From contig CAVPCQ010000006.1 in assembly GCA_963702425.1 (NCBI GenBank), forward strand, positions 256,001-320,000: a DNA stretch of 64,000 nucleotides, written 5' to 3'. The stretch is from an uncultured Acidobacteriota bacterium. GTDB lineage: Bacteria; Acidobacteriota; Polarisedimenticolia; J045. This document shows positions 55,510 through 64,000 of the stretch, piece by piece (position 1 is the stretch's first letter; every line of letters starts with the position of its first letter). The notes beneath the pieces are model-generated. The model did not search any database. It was not told the origin of the DNA and saw nothing but the letters and a program-made list of their open reading frames with translations. Position numbers and translations under genes: made by a program.

Positions 55510-56616
55510 TCAGCGCCGGGCGGCGGCGAAAACCCCCCGGAGCATCTCGTCCGCCAGCCGGTCGGCGGTCCGGATCTCGCCGATGTCGAACCAGAAGACG
55601 CGATCCAGGCCGGTCGCGTAGGAGAAGGCCACCCAGGTCACCTGGCGCCGCCTGGCGTCGATGCCCGTCGTCGTGAAACCGACTACGGGAGCGGCGTCGG
55701 GCGTCCCCGGATCGTCGAAGTCGAAGACGGTCCCGGTGACCACCAGGTCGACGTCGAGCAACCCCCGCAGCAGCTCGGCCTGGGCGTAGGTGAGCCCCCC
55801 CTCCTGGATCAGCCGCGTCTCGAGCAGCACGCGCCGCACCTCGCCCGGCTCGACGATCGTCAGTCCGGGAATCCCCACCAGTGCCGCGATGCTGCGATTG
55901 CAGACGATCTCGCCCGCCTGGCGCCGGATGCTGTCGTTGGAGAACGGGAGCACGGCGACGCGCAAGGGCTCGCCACCCAGCGGCTCGGCCTCGGGGGCGG
56001 CGTGGAAGGCGCGCGGTTGGAATCGCTTCTGGGGAGCACGTCCGGCGTGCGGCACGACTCCCGTCTGGATGAACGCGCCGAGCTCATCCACCAGGCGCTC
56101 GAGCGCCCGTGCGGTCAGGACGCCGGGGTCCTCGACCAGCTTCAGCTCGAGCAGCCCGGGCTTCTCCTCGCCGGCCAGCGCAAAGGCGGTCGCCCAGAGC
56201 ACCTGCACGCCGTCCGGGCCCGTCCCGACGAGACGCGCGGAGAGCCCGATCCGGGGCGGGCTCGCCCCTTCGAACATGTCGAGGTTCGTCACCAGCACCG
56301 CGTTCGTGCGCTGCTCCTCCCAGAGCGCGCGCCCCAGCCCGGCGTCCACTCCTCCGACCCAGCGCGTGCGCCGCGACGCGAGCGCCGCGCGGAGCGACTC
56401 CCCGTCGAGCAGCGTGATGCCCCGTGCCGCGAGCATTCCGGTGAGTACGGTGTGGATCTCGTCGACCGGGGCGCTGCCGCCGGAGAGATTGTCGATCGGC
56501 AGGACAGCGAGCCGCAGTTCGGCGAACGGGCGGGCGGGCGGAGCGGCAGCGGCTGCAGCCGGCGACGCCATCGGCAGCAGCGCCGCGGCGGCGAGCAGGC
56601 TTCCGGTCATGGCCAT
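55510..56616 (-). CDS. Exported protein with two CsgG/TolB_N-like domains
   Basis: Two repeats of the (L/V)AVLP(I/F)xN motif; LDVDLVVTGTV. Confidence 0.65.
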   Translation of the reverse strand: MAMTGSLLAAAALLPMASPAAAAAAPPARPFAELRLAVLPIDNLSGGSAPVDEIHTVLTGMLAARGITLLDGESLRAALASRRTRWVGGVDAGLGRALWEEQRTNAVLVTNLDMFEGASPPRIGLSARLVGTGPDGVQVLWATAFALAGEEKPGLLELKLVEDPGVLTARALERLVDELGAFIQTGVVPHAGRAPQKRFQPRAFHAAPEAEPLGGEPLRVAVLPFSNDSIRRQAGEIVCNRSIAALVGIPGLTIVEPGEVRRVLLETRLIQEGGLTYAQAELLRGLLDVDLVVTGTVFDFDDPGTPDAAPVVGFTTTGIDARRRQVTWVAFSYATGLDRVFWFDIGEIRTADRLADEMLRGVFAAARR

Positions 56617-56651
56617 CCAACGGCGCACGGCACTCGCTCCCGACCTGCCCG

Positions 56652-57278
56652 TTACTGGTAGATCTGGTCGATCAGGTCGCGCAGGGCATCCTCGGTGACG
56701 AGCTCCATCGGCTCGCCGCCGCCGCCGAAGAAGCGGTCGCTGGCGGTCACGCCGCCGGCGGTCGAGGACCCGCTCCAGACCACCTTTCCGCTCTCGGTCG
56801 CGAAGATCTTGACGCCGATCGCGATCGCGTTCGCGGTACTGTTGCCGGAGCGCACCTGGCCGTACTCCCTGACCACGCCGGTGACGACGACGTCGGCCTT
56901 CACCGCCGAGCCGACCGCGGTCACTTCCTCCGGGGAGGGCTCGTCGTTGCGGGCGACGCGGGAGCGGCCCAGCGCCTTCGCGACCTCGCCGGGCGGTACG
57001 ACGTAGACCGCGCCGGTCGCCTGCAGCATCGTGCTGAAGACGTCGCGCACCCGCTCGCCGGCCTTGTCGTCCGAGGTCAGGTTCGCGAACGGCATGACGG
57101 CGACCGTCTGGACCAGGCTGAGGTCGATCTCCGGGTCCTTGTAGGTCGAGTTCAGCCCGCGGGTGGTGCCGCACCCTGCCGCCGCGCCGACCAGCACGAC
57201 GGCGATGAGGACGACGACAGCCAGGAGCGTGGTGCTCCGGGGATCCGCGGGTCGGCTGGCCCTGTCCTTGCGATTCAT
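56652..57278 (-). CDS. CsgG/LpoB-like lipoprotein
   Basis: Lipobox AAAGC; VAVMPFANLT, ADVVVTGVVREYG, ESGKVVWS. Confidence 0.75.
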   Translation of the reverse strand: MNRKDRASRPADPRSTTLLAVVVLIAVVLVGAAAGCGTTRGLNSTYKDPEIDLSLVQTVAVMPFANLTSDDKAGERVRDVFSTMLQATGAVYVVPPGEVAKALGRSRVARNDEPSPEEVTAVGSAVKADVVVTGVVREYGQVRSGNSTANAIAIGVKIFATESGKVVWSGSSTAGGVTASDRFFGGGGEPMELVTEDALRDLIDQIYQ

Positions 57279-57291
57279 GGCGATCACCCCT

Positions 57292-59538
57292 TTAGAATCC
57301 CACTCGCAGCGTGGCCGCGAGCGTCTCGCGGTCGAACCGCTGCAGGATCGATTCCGTCTCGAACGACTCCCAGTACACCTCGAGGTACGAGATCGGATTG
57401 AAATACCAGCGCACGCCCGGCCCGTAGATCCGGGACTGGCTTTGAAGCAGCGTGTCGGAGAACTCCTCGTAGCGCAACGAGAGCCGGAGCGTACCCAGCG
57501 GGAAGGGCGACCAGTTGAGCGAGGTCGTCGTCAGCCGGCGGGGCTCCGGGACCTCGCTGGACTTCTCGATGCGATAGGATCCGAAGAAGTAGATCGACGG
57601 GACGGGCGTCCACGACAGCGAGATCTCCGAAGCGTCGAGGAAGGTGTTGCCCGCGTCGGCGATCCCACCTTTTTGATCGTTTCGCGTCCTGTCGTACCCC
57701 AGGAAGACGCTCAATGTCGGGTTCGGCAACAGTTCCAGTGCCACCCGCCCGGTCTGGCTGTCGACGGTTGAGCCGGGCAGGAGCTGACCGTTGCGGGCGG
57801 TGCCCGGCAGGAAGTCGGTCTGCGCGAGCCCTCCACCGAACTGCAGGTTGATCCCGGTGTAGAGGTTGGCCGTCGCGTTGAGGAAGAGGGACTTGTTGTC
57901 CTGGTCGAGGCCGTACTGGTAGCGCTCGCGCGAGCCGCTCGCGGTCAGGGTGGCGGAGAACGTGGGGATCGGCGTCGCCGTCGCGGCGGCGCCCCAGAGG
58001 GTCGCCGTGCGGCGCCCGTACACGGAACGGCCGGTCTCGTAGCCGACCCGGCCGTTGACGATCCACGCCGGATTGAAGCGATAGGCGAGCGAGAGAATGT
58101 TCGAAAGCGTGTCGCTGGCCAGCCGGCCGTCCGGAATGTTGGCGACGTAGGTCAGGTCGTAGGTCAGGCTCGGTTTCTCGAGCAGCAGGACCTGGGCGCC
58201 GGCGTAGATCCGCTGGTCGGTGGACGAGCTCTCGACCGAGTTGCCGGTCACCTCGCGGAACAGGAGCGCCTCCAGTTCCGTGACCTCGATCACCCGGTAG
58301 TCCTGCGCGTTCGGCGCCCCGGCTGCGAGTGGCGCCACGACGACCTTCAGGTAGCGCGCAGCGATCGCCGCGAAGCGCAGCTCGAAGTAGTGCTCGAAGG
58401 GCGCGAACGGGGCCGATCCCAGCGTCCGCTGCCGGGTCCAGCGCACGTTGTCCGAGCTGCTCCAGACCTCCCAGGTGAAGGTCCGCGAGATCTCGATCGG
58501 CAGGTCGCGGTCGACCCACACCCGAAACGAGCTGACCGCGCGAGGGATCTCGAAATCGAGCCCGATGTTGCGCAGGCGGCGGTCATCCGATGCGGGGGGA
58601 AGGCCCAGGTTGATCCCGGCCGCCGCTTCCCGGTTGCCGTCGATCAGGGCGGGATTCGGGGTCAGGGTGACGTTCGCCGGGAGATCGCTCAGCGCGGAGA
58701 GGCCACGGATCGCGATCACCGGCAGCTCGATCTCCCCCTGCCCCTGGGCGCGCGACTCGACCTGCCGCACCGAGACGTCGTAGCTGGCGGCGAGCGACAA
58801 CCGACCGCCCCAATAGCTGTCGCCGTAGAGCACTCGCGCGGCCTGGTTGAAGCTGTCGATCTCGGTCTCCCGCAGCTGGTCGTCCAGCCAGTTCCAGGAG
58901 CCGCGGTAGTTCAGCGTGAGCGGGTCGATCGGCCGGTAGTTGGCGTTGACGAGGAAGCGGTCGGTCTGCTGATCCAGCAGCTGCCGCTGGTCATCGCGGT
59001 CGTCGGTCCGGAAGTACGAAACGCGCACGAAGCTGGCTGGCTCCGGGTACCAGCCGAGCGAGATGCCGTAGGCGTCGCGGACCAGGGACCGCGTCGGGCC
59101 TCCGCCCGAGCTGGCCCGCGACTCGTTGCGCTGCCAGCCGATCTCCGCGATGTTGGTCGGGGTCTGCCAGGTCAGCGTGACGTAGGGGAGCAGCCTCGCC
59201 AAGGTCCCGGAGGTGGCGATGTCGGCCACTTCCGCCCGGCCGTGCTGCTGCTCGAACAGTCCCCCGACCTGCAGCGAGATGTTGGGCCACAGCTGCTGCT
59301 GGTAGGTGAAGCTGAGGCGCCCGAGCCAGCTGCGCGTCTGCGTCGTCGAGGCCGGAAAGGGATAGACCTCGTTCGTTTCGTCGACGCGGGTCGGCAGGAT
59401 CTCCACGTAACCGTTGAGGCTCTGGGCGCGGGCGGCGGGCGCCAGGAGCAGCAGCAGGCCGAGCAGCGCCCCGCAGGACGCCAGCGTTCGCGGACCGCGG
59501 GGGCCCCCGTCCGCGCCGGCCGGGCGGCGCTCGCTCAT
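57292..59538 (-). CDS. Large outer-membrane beta-barrel with inserted discoidin-like domain
   Basis: Signal peptide; amphipathic aromatic strands; central LIDGN…IGLDF…WEVWSSSDNVRW…ARYLKVVV…VTELEA; C-terminal F. Confidence 0.7.
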   Translation of the reverse strand: MSERRPAGADGGPRGPRTLASCGALLGLLLLLAPAARAQSLNGYVEILPTRVDETNEVYPFPASTTQTRSWLGRLSFTYQQQLWPNISLQVGGLFEQQHGRAEVADIATSGTLARLLPYVTLTWQTPTNIAEIGWQRNESRASSGGGPTRSLVRDAYGISLGWYPEPASFVRVSYFRTDDRDDQRQLLDQQTDRFLVNANYRPIDPLTLNYRGSWNWLDDQLRETEIDSFNQAARVLYGDSYWGGRLSLAASYDVSVRQVESRAQGQGEIELPVIAIRGLSALSDLPANVTLTPNPALIDGNREAAAGINLGLPPASDDRRLRNIGLDFEIPRAVSSFRVWVDRDLPIEISRTFTWEVWSSSDNVRWTRQRTLGSAPFAPFEHYFELRFAAIAARYLKVVVAPLAAGAPNAQDYRVIEVTELEALLFREVTGNSVESSSTDQRIYAGAQVLLLEKPSLTYDLTYVANIPDGRLASDTLSNILSLAYRFNPAWIVNGRVGYETGRSVYGRRTATLWGAAATATPIPTFSATLTASGSRERYQYGLDQDNKSLFLNATANLYTGINLQFGGGLAQTDFLPGTARNGQLLPGSTVDSQTGRVALELLPNPTLSVFLGYDRTRNDQKGGIADAGNTFLDASEISLSWTPVPSIYFFGSYRIEKSSEVPEPRRLTTTSLNWSPFPLGTLRLSLRYEEFSDTLLQSQSRIYGPGVRWYFNPISYLEVYWESFETESILQRFDRETLAATLRVGF

Positions 59539-60944
59539 CGCTCTCCGGACAGTGCGACGAACCGCACGCCGGCGCCGGTCGTGACGACACCCTCGATGGA
59601 ACGCGACACGGGGCTGACGCGGACGATCTCTCCCGCTCTCGGCAACACGGCGACGAGATTGGCGAGCTCGCGGTCGATGGTCAGGTAGGCGACGTCGCCC
59701 GGCACCGGCAGGCGCTCGATCGCCAGCAGCGAGAAGGGATCGAACACCTCGATCGCCCCGGTCCCCCGGCGGGCGATGTAGATCCGGTCCGTTGCCGCAT
59801 CGACGCGGAGCGCCGACTGCCCGGGACCGACGAACGGGCGCTGGATGGCGGCCAGCGTCGCCAGGTCCCCGACGAGCACGTAGGGCGACCCTTCCTGGGC
59901 CACGTAGAGCCGATCCTGGGCGCGATTGAGCTGGACGCGGAACGGACCGGGATCGGTCGGGATCGCCCCCGCCGTCCGGCGCGATGCGACATCGAGCAGC
60001 ACGACCTGGTTGGCCAGGCGGCACGGGACGAACGCGCGCCTCCCCTGTCGATCGAGCAGCACGGCCACCGGCGACTCGCCCACCACCGCGCGCCCGATCT
60101 CCGCCAGGCCCTGCGTGGAGACGAAGGCGACGCTCGACGAGCCCTCGTTGGCGACGACGAGGGTCGTGCCGTCCGGTGTCAGCGCGAGGTCGACCGGGTG
60201 GTCCCCTCCCCGCAGCGGGCGGCGGTCGACGATCGTCCCCTGCTCGAGGTCGATCGCCACCAGCGCGTCGTCGCCGGAGACGGCGACGTAGGCCCGCTGC
60301 CGCGCGCTGTCGATGGCGAGCCCCACCGGCCGCGCCCCGACGGCGGTGATGCCGACGACCCGTCCGCTGCGCCGGTCGAAGGCCAGCACGATCCCGTCGT
60401 CGGTCAGCGTCGCGAGCCCGATCAGGCCGGTCGGTGGCCGGGCTGGGATCGCGGCGCGGAAGGCTGGAACGAAGAGGAACCCGTCGGCCAGCGCGGCCTT
60501 GAGATCCAGCGCGAAATCGACGACCAGCCCGCGGCGTTCCGTGATCGTGAACGGCAGCTCGACCCGGGTCGGGGTCTCGGGGACCCGCAGGTCGGAGGGG
60601 CCGTCCGGGCCGGTCAGGCTCGCTGCGGTCGCCGTCACCTCGAATCCCGTATACCTCCCGGGGGGGATCGAACCGGCCGCGATCAGCCGCTCGTGCCGCG
60701 GCCCCTCGCGCTCGACCTCGGGGTCCAGCAGCCGGAGCGGCACGATCCCGCCGTCCTCGCGCACGGCGCTGATCCCGCCGAGGCGGGCCCGCAGCCCCTG
60801 CGTCCCCCCCGGAGAGGGGTCGGCGTAGATCACGAGCGGGGCGGCGGAGGGATCGAACGCCGAGGTCGCCGGGACCCGGGCCGGCGTGGCACACCCGGCG
60901 GACAGGCAGACGGCGAGCGCGAGGACGATCCACCTGGAGTGCAT
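59535..60944 (-). CDS. Lipoprotein with N-terminal Ig-like domain and YVTN/YncE beta-propeller
   Basis: Lipobox LSAGC; VGARPVGLAID…AYVA, LALTPDGTTLVVANEGS repeats. Confidence 0.8.
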   Translation of the reverse strand: MHSRWIVLALAVCLSAGCATPARVPATSAFDPSAAPLVIYADPSPGGTQGLRARLGGISAVREDGGIVPLRLLDPEVEREGPRHERLIAAGSIPPGRYTGFEVTATAASLTGPDGPSDLRVPETPTRVELPFTITERRGLVVDFALDLKAALADGFLFVPAFRAAIPARPPTGLIGLATLTDDGIVLAFDRRSGRVVGITAVGARPVGLAIDSARQRAYVAVSGDDALVAIDLEQGTIVDRRPLRGGDHPVDLALTPDGTTLVVANEGSSSVAFVSTQGLAEIGRAVVGESPVAVLLDRQGRRAFVPCRLANQVVLLDVASRRTAGAIPTDPGPFRVQLNRAQDRLYVAQEGSPYVLVGDLATLAAIQRPFVGPGQSALRVDAATDRIYIARRGTGAIEVFDPFSLLAIERLPVPGDVAYLTIDRELANLVAVLPRAGEIVRVSPVSRSIEGVVTTGAGVRFVALSGER

Positions 60945-61012
60945 CTCGGCCTTCCCTGCCCGAAGGGCGCCGGCGGGCCACGGCTGCGAAGGGCGCGGGG
61001 ATCTTAGCAGAC

Positions 61013-61040
61013 GAGGGGGCTGGCTTGCGCCAGCCCCCTC
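61013..61040 (-). terminator. Strong hairpin downstream of omcS-like gene
   Basis: GAGGGGGCTGGC-GCAA-GCCAGCCCCCTC on minus strand: 12-bp stem, GNRA loop, no U-tract. Confidence 0.6.
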
Positions 61041-61071
61041 CAACCATCACGCGACGGGTGACTCCGTCACG

Positions 61072-62421
61072 CTAGTCCTGAGCGTGGCACTTGTTGCAGA
61101 GCACGCGGTCGTACGGACCGAAGTGCGTGGAGGCATCGCGGCCGTAGTACGCGACCTGCCAGTTGGCGATCGTCCGGCCGCGGGACTGGGCCGGGCCACG
61201 ACCGGTCGTGCCGATCGTCGGGTTGTCCGAACCGGGGTAGTTCCCGCCCTTGGTCATGAACTCGTAGCCGTAGTCCCAGCGCAGATCCTCGACGAAGCCG
61301 GAGGCGTGGGCGCGGTGGCAGGAGAGGCACATGACCTCGGCACCCGCTCCGGGGCCGCTGAGGAAGCTGTCGTTGATCTGGGCGTGCGACGCCAGCACCG
61401 CGATCGACGAAGTCGCCTCGGCGAACGGAACGAGGGTGCTGTAGGCCAGGGTGCTGTTGCCGTTGAGCCGGCCGGAGGAGACGTACGCGTTGTAGTTGGT
61501 CGCTTCGGAACCGGTCGACGAACCGACGGGGCCGACGCCGAGGGCCTCGCCCGTCGGGTGGTGCTCGTCGTCGCCGCCGGCGACGTTGAAGTCACCGTGG
61601 CAGGCGCCGCACCAGGTGCCCCAGTCGTTCGCCGAACCGGCGCCGCCGTAGGCCACGCGGGTCTGGTCGGTGTTCTCGTTGCGGTTGTAGGTCGACGGGG
61701 AGACCGCGACCGGGTAGCTGGTGTAGTTCGCACCAGCCGGCGGGTTCGGCGACGCCGGGGCCCACAGCAGGCGGTAGATGCCGACGGCGAGACCGGTCGG
61801 GGCGCCCTGGTTCTCCTGGCCGCCGCCGCCGTAGGTGTTGGCCTTCGGGACCGCGCCGTAGGAGCCGGAGGTGTAGATCGGCTCGCCGCTGCCCGTGCCG
61901 CCGAAGCCGCCGACGCCGTTGTTGTACAGCTGCCGGCCCTTGCCGTGCGGGTCGTGGCAGCTCTGGCAGCCGAGGACCGACGCGTCGAAGGTGCCGCCCG
62001 GGCCGTACGGCCGACGGGTGTCCGGCGCGAAGCCGAAGTCGGAGGCCACGATGCTGTGGCCGCGGGTGTAGCCGGGCTCGCTGTAGTTGGTCCCGCTGAG
62101 CACCCACGTGAAGTCGACCTTCAGCCAGCCGAAGTCGCCGCCCGGCGTCATCTGGACGGGCATCTTGGTCGTGGAGGCGTCGAGCGTGGCCACGTGGTAG
62201 CTGCTCGGTGCAGTGTCCACCGTGTTGCCGTGGCAGGACGGGTTGATGCAGGTCGAGCTGGCGTCACCGCCGAGCAGCAGGTTGCCGTCGGTCGAGGTCG
62301 CCTCGTGCATGCTGTGGCAGCCTTCGCACTCGGCAACGCCGCCGGAATGGAACGCGAACGCGTTCAGGCCGACTGCCGCGAGAAGCACCGCCAGTACTAC
62401 GATGATCCGGTTCCGCTTCAT
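61072..62421 (-). CDS. omcS: OmcS-family hexaheme cytochrome (nanowire subunit candidate)
   Basis: AFA|FHSGGVAECEGCHSMH, PSSYH, QMTPGGDFGW, CQSCHDPHGK, PSTYNR, TRVAYG, CLSCHRAHASGF, AYYGR, LCNKCHAQD; colinear with Geobacter OmcS as recalled. Confidence 0.9.
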   Translation of the reverse strand: MKRNRIIVVLAVLLAAVGLNAFAFHSGGVAECEGCHSMHEATSTDGNLLLGGDASSTCINPSCHGNTVDTAPSSYHVATLDASTTKMPVQMTPGGDFGWLKVDFTWVLSGTNYSEPGYTRGHSIVASDFGFAPDTRRPYGPGGTFDASVLGCQSCHDPHGKGRQLYNNGVGGFGGTGSGEPIYTSGSYGAVPKANTYGGGGQENQGAPTGLAVGIYRLLWAPASPNPPAGANYTSYPVAVSPSTYNRNENTDQTRVAYGGAGSANDWGTWCGACHGDFNVAGGDDEHHPTGEALGVGPVGSSTGSEATNYNAYVSSGRLNGNSTLAYSTLVPFAEATSSIAVLASHAQINDSFLSGPGAGAEVMCLSCHRAHASGFVEDLRWDYGYEFMTKGGNYPGSDNPTIGTTGRGPAQSRGRTIANWQVAYYGRDASTHFGPYDRVLCNKCHAQD

Positions 62422-62437
62422 TTCTCACTCCTCCTTT

Positions 62438-62522
62438 CCCCCGGCAGCCCGGCCATCCTGACCATTCAGGACCCTCGGCTTTGTGTCCCCGTCTTGCGGC
62501 GGGTTTACCTTTCTCGGAGGGG
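62438..62522 (-). ncRNA. GEMM-I (c-di-GMP-I / cGAMP class) riboswitch
   Basis: GAAAGGTAAACCCGCC-GCAA-GACGGGGACACAAAGCC..GGTCCTGA-ATGG-TCAGGA..CCGGGCTGCCG; P2 with GNRA loop, P3, conserved junctions; abuts GGAGGAG RBS. Confidence 0.85.
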
Positions 62523-62623
62523 CGCTTGCGTTGGTTACATCTCGTACCCTGAAACCCCTGTTCTCTTCGTGTTCCGTTTCCTCTGCGGCACGCCGGCCTG
62601 CCGTCCCTCCTTCTCTCCCGGAG

Positions 62624-63589
62624 CTAGCCCCGCTCTCCGGAAGGCGAGAGCGTGAAGACCGCGACGCCGCGGTTCCGCAACTGCGATACGAACAACCGGC
62701 CGGCCGCCGAAATGGCCAGGTCGGCCGGCCTGATCATCTTTCCATCGGCGGTCCCGTACCCGCCGAACTCGGTGACGAACTGCAGGCCGCTGTCGAAGAC
62801 GTTGACCGAGCTGCGCAGCATGTCCGCGACGTAGATGTTCCCGGCGGCGTCGGTGGCGACCGAGCCGGCCAGGTTGAACTTGCCCGGCCGCGAGCCGGCC
62901 TCGCCGAAGCGGCGGACGGCGCCGTCGGGCGCCATCACGTAGACGCCGAAGTCGATCGGCACGCTGACGATCACGTTCCCCTGCGGGTCGACCGCCATCC
63001 CGGCGAAGTCGGCGTTCTTGCGGATCTCCTTCTCGTCCGGCAGGGACTCGGTGAAGTCCTTGACCTGCAGCAGGCCGGCGCGCTTGTTCAGCACCAGGAC
63101 CTGCAGCCGGTTCGACGCTCCGAGGTAGAACTTGCCGCCGGCGTAGATCACCGTGCTGGGCGAGAAGTCCTTCAGCCCATCCGGGATCCCCGCCGGCAGC
63201 AGCTTCTCCTGCGGTACGCCGCGGTAGTCGCAGCGCAGCAGGAAGAAGTCGCCGCCGCCCGGGCGCCGGATCGGTTCGTAGCCGAGGAAGTAGAGGTCGC
63301 CGGTCTCGTCGACCGCGACGTCGTAGATCGTCCCGGCTGCCGGGTCGAGCGGGAAGGAGTAGGTTTCCATCCCGGTCGGCCCGAAGACCCTGAGGAAGCC
63401 CTCGCTCAGGATGAAGGCCTCTTCCCGCACGGCGTCCAGCCGGACCCGCACGCCCATGAACGGCACCGTCCCCGTGAAGTCGGCGAGGTTGTACTCGAAG
63501 CGGGGGGCGATCTCCGCCGCGGGCGCGACGCCGACCGCAGCGACCAGCGTCGCTGCCAGAGCCAGAACCGTGTGGGGGACGCTCCTCAT
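62624..63589 (-). CDS. NHL-repeat beta-propeller protein, first gene of omcS operon
   Basis: Signal peptide; GEAGSRPGKFNLAGSVATDAAGNIYVAD, FGGYGTADGKMIRPADLA. Confidence 0.85.
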   Translation of the reverse strand: MRSVPHTVLALAATLVAAVGVAPAAEIAPRFEYNLADFTGTVPFMGVRVRLDAVREEAFILSEGFLRVFGPTGMETYSFPLDPAAGTIYDVAVDETGDLYFLGYEPIRRPGGGDFFLLRCDYRGVPQEKLLPAGIPDGLKDFSPSTVIYAGGKFYLGASNRLQVLVLNKRAGLLQVKDFTESLPDEKEIRKNADFAGMAVDPQGNVIVSVPIDFGVYVMAPDGAVRRFGEAGSRPGKFNLAGSVATDAAGNIYVADMLRSSVNVFDSGLQFVTEFGGYGTADGKMIRPADLAISAAGRLFVSQLRNRGVAVFTLSPSGERG

Positions 63590-63604
63590 CGCGGCTTACT
63601 GAAG

Positions 63605-63620
63605 AGCAATACACGTGCCA
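63605..63620 (-). promoter_or_regulatory. Sigma54 (-24/-12) promoter of the omcS operon
   Basis: TGGCACGTGTATTGCT on minus strand, exact TGGCACG-N4-TTGCW consensus. Confidence 0.85.
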
Positions 63621-63760
63621 GCCGTCGGAGCGGTGGAAGACGAACATTCACGGGCGGTTCCGATTGTGTAAGCGTGACGGCGGGCGCGCCATCTGGTGAA
63701 AAGCCCATAAACCAACTGGTAATTTCCCCGATCGGGCCGGCCAATCTCGCCTGAACTCGG

Positions 63761-64000
63761 TCAGTGGTGCGGCGGCCCGAGGCCCTTGGAACCGGCCAGA
63801 GACAGGGCCCGGCCGCGCGCCCTGGTGACCAGCGCCTGCCGCTGCGGGTCCCCGGCTCCGGCGTCGGCGCGGACGTAGTCGCCGTACAGCGCCGCCGCCT
63901 CGGCCGTCCGCCCCTCGAGCTCGGCGACCCGAGCCAGGTTGTAGAGCACCATCGCCTCCGCCGGATCGAGCGCGCGGGCCCGCTCGAAGTGCTGTCGCGC
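63761..64000 (-). CDS. TPR protein, 3' end (runs off window)
   Basis: HFERARALDPAEAMVLYNLARVAELEGRTAEAAALYGDY. Confidence 0.7.
   Translation of the reverse strand, partial: ARQHFERARALDPAEAMVLYNLARVAELEGRTAEAAALYGDYVRADAGAGDPQRQALVTRARGRALSLAGSKGLGPPHH

Overview
Very GC-rich bacterial DNA. The host cannot be assigned from the window, and many single-base frameshifts fall in conserved genes, probably from long-read or assembly errors. The left ~43 kb is mostly housekeeping: partial asd, rnd, a LOG protein, a Cys2/MetX-like acyltransferase, infC, ALDH7, tnaA and a TPR tandem kinase. It also holds a near-complete heme operon (hemA-C-D-B-L-[HK-RR]-E-N-Y), with hemH 12 kb away. The right ~20 kb (43.5-63.6 kb) is the highlight: an apparent cytochrome-nanowire locus. 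It encodes two hexaheme cytochromes with the OmcS signature N-terminus (FHSGGVAxCxGCHxMH), 26-heme and 16-heme cytochromes, a SurA-like chaperone, two CsgG-like proteins, a large outer-membrane beta-barrel and three beta-propellers. Regulatory genes are a heme-bearing sensor kinase, a sigma54 activator and a REC-PilZ protein. The DNA itself shows a GEMM-I cyclic-dinucleotide riboswitch abutting the omcS ribosome-binding site, two sigma54 promoters and a perfect IHF site. All family calls come from motif recognition by eye; no database searches were run.
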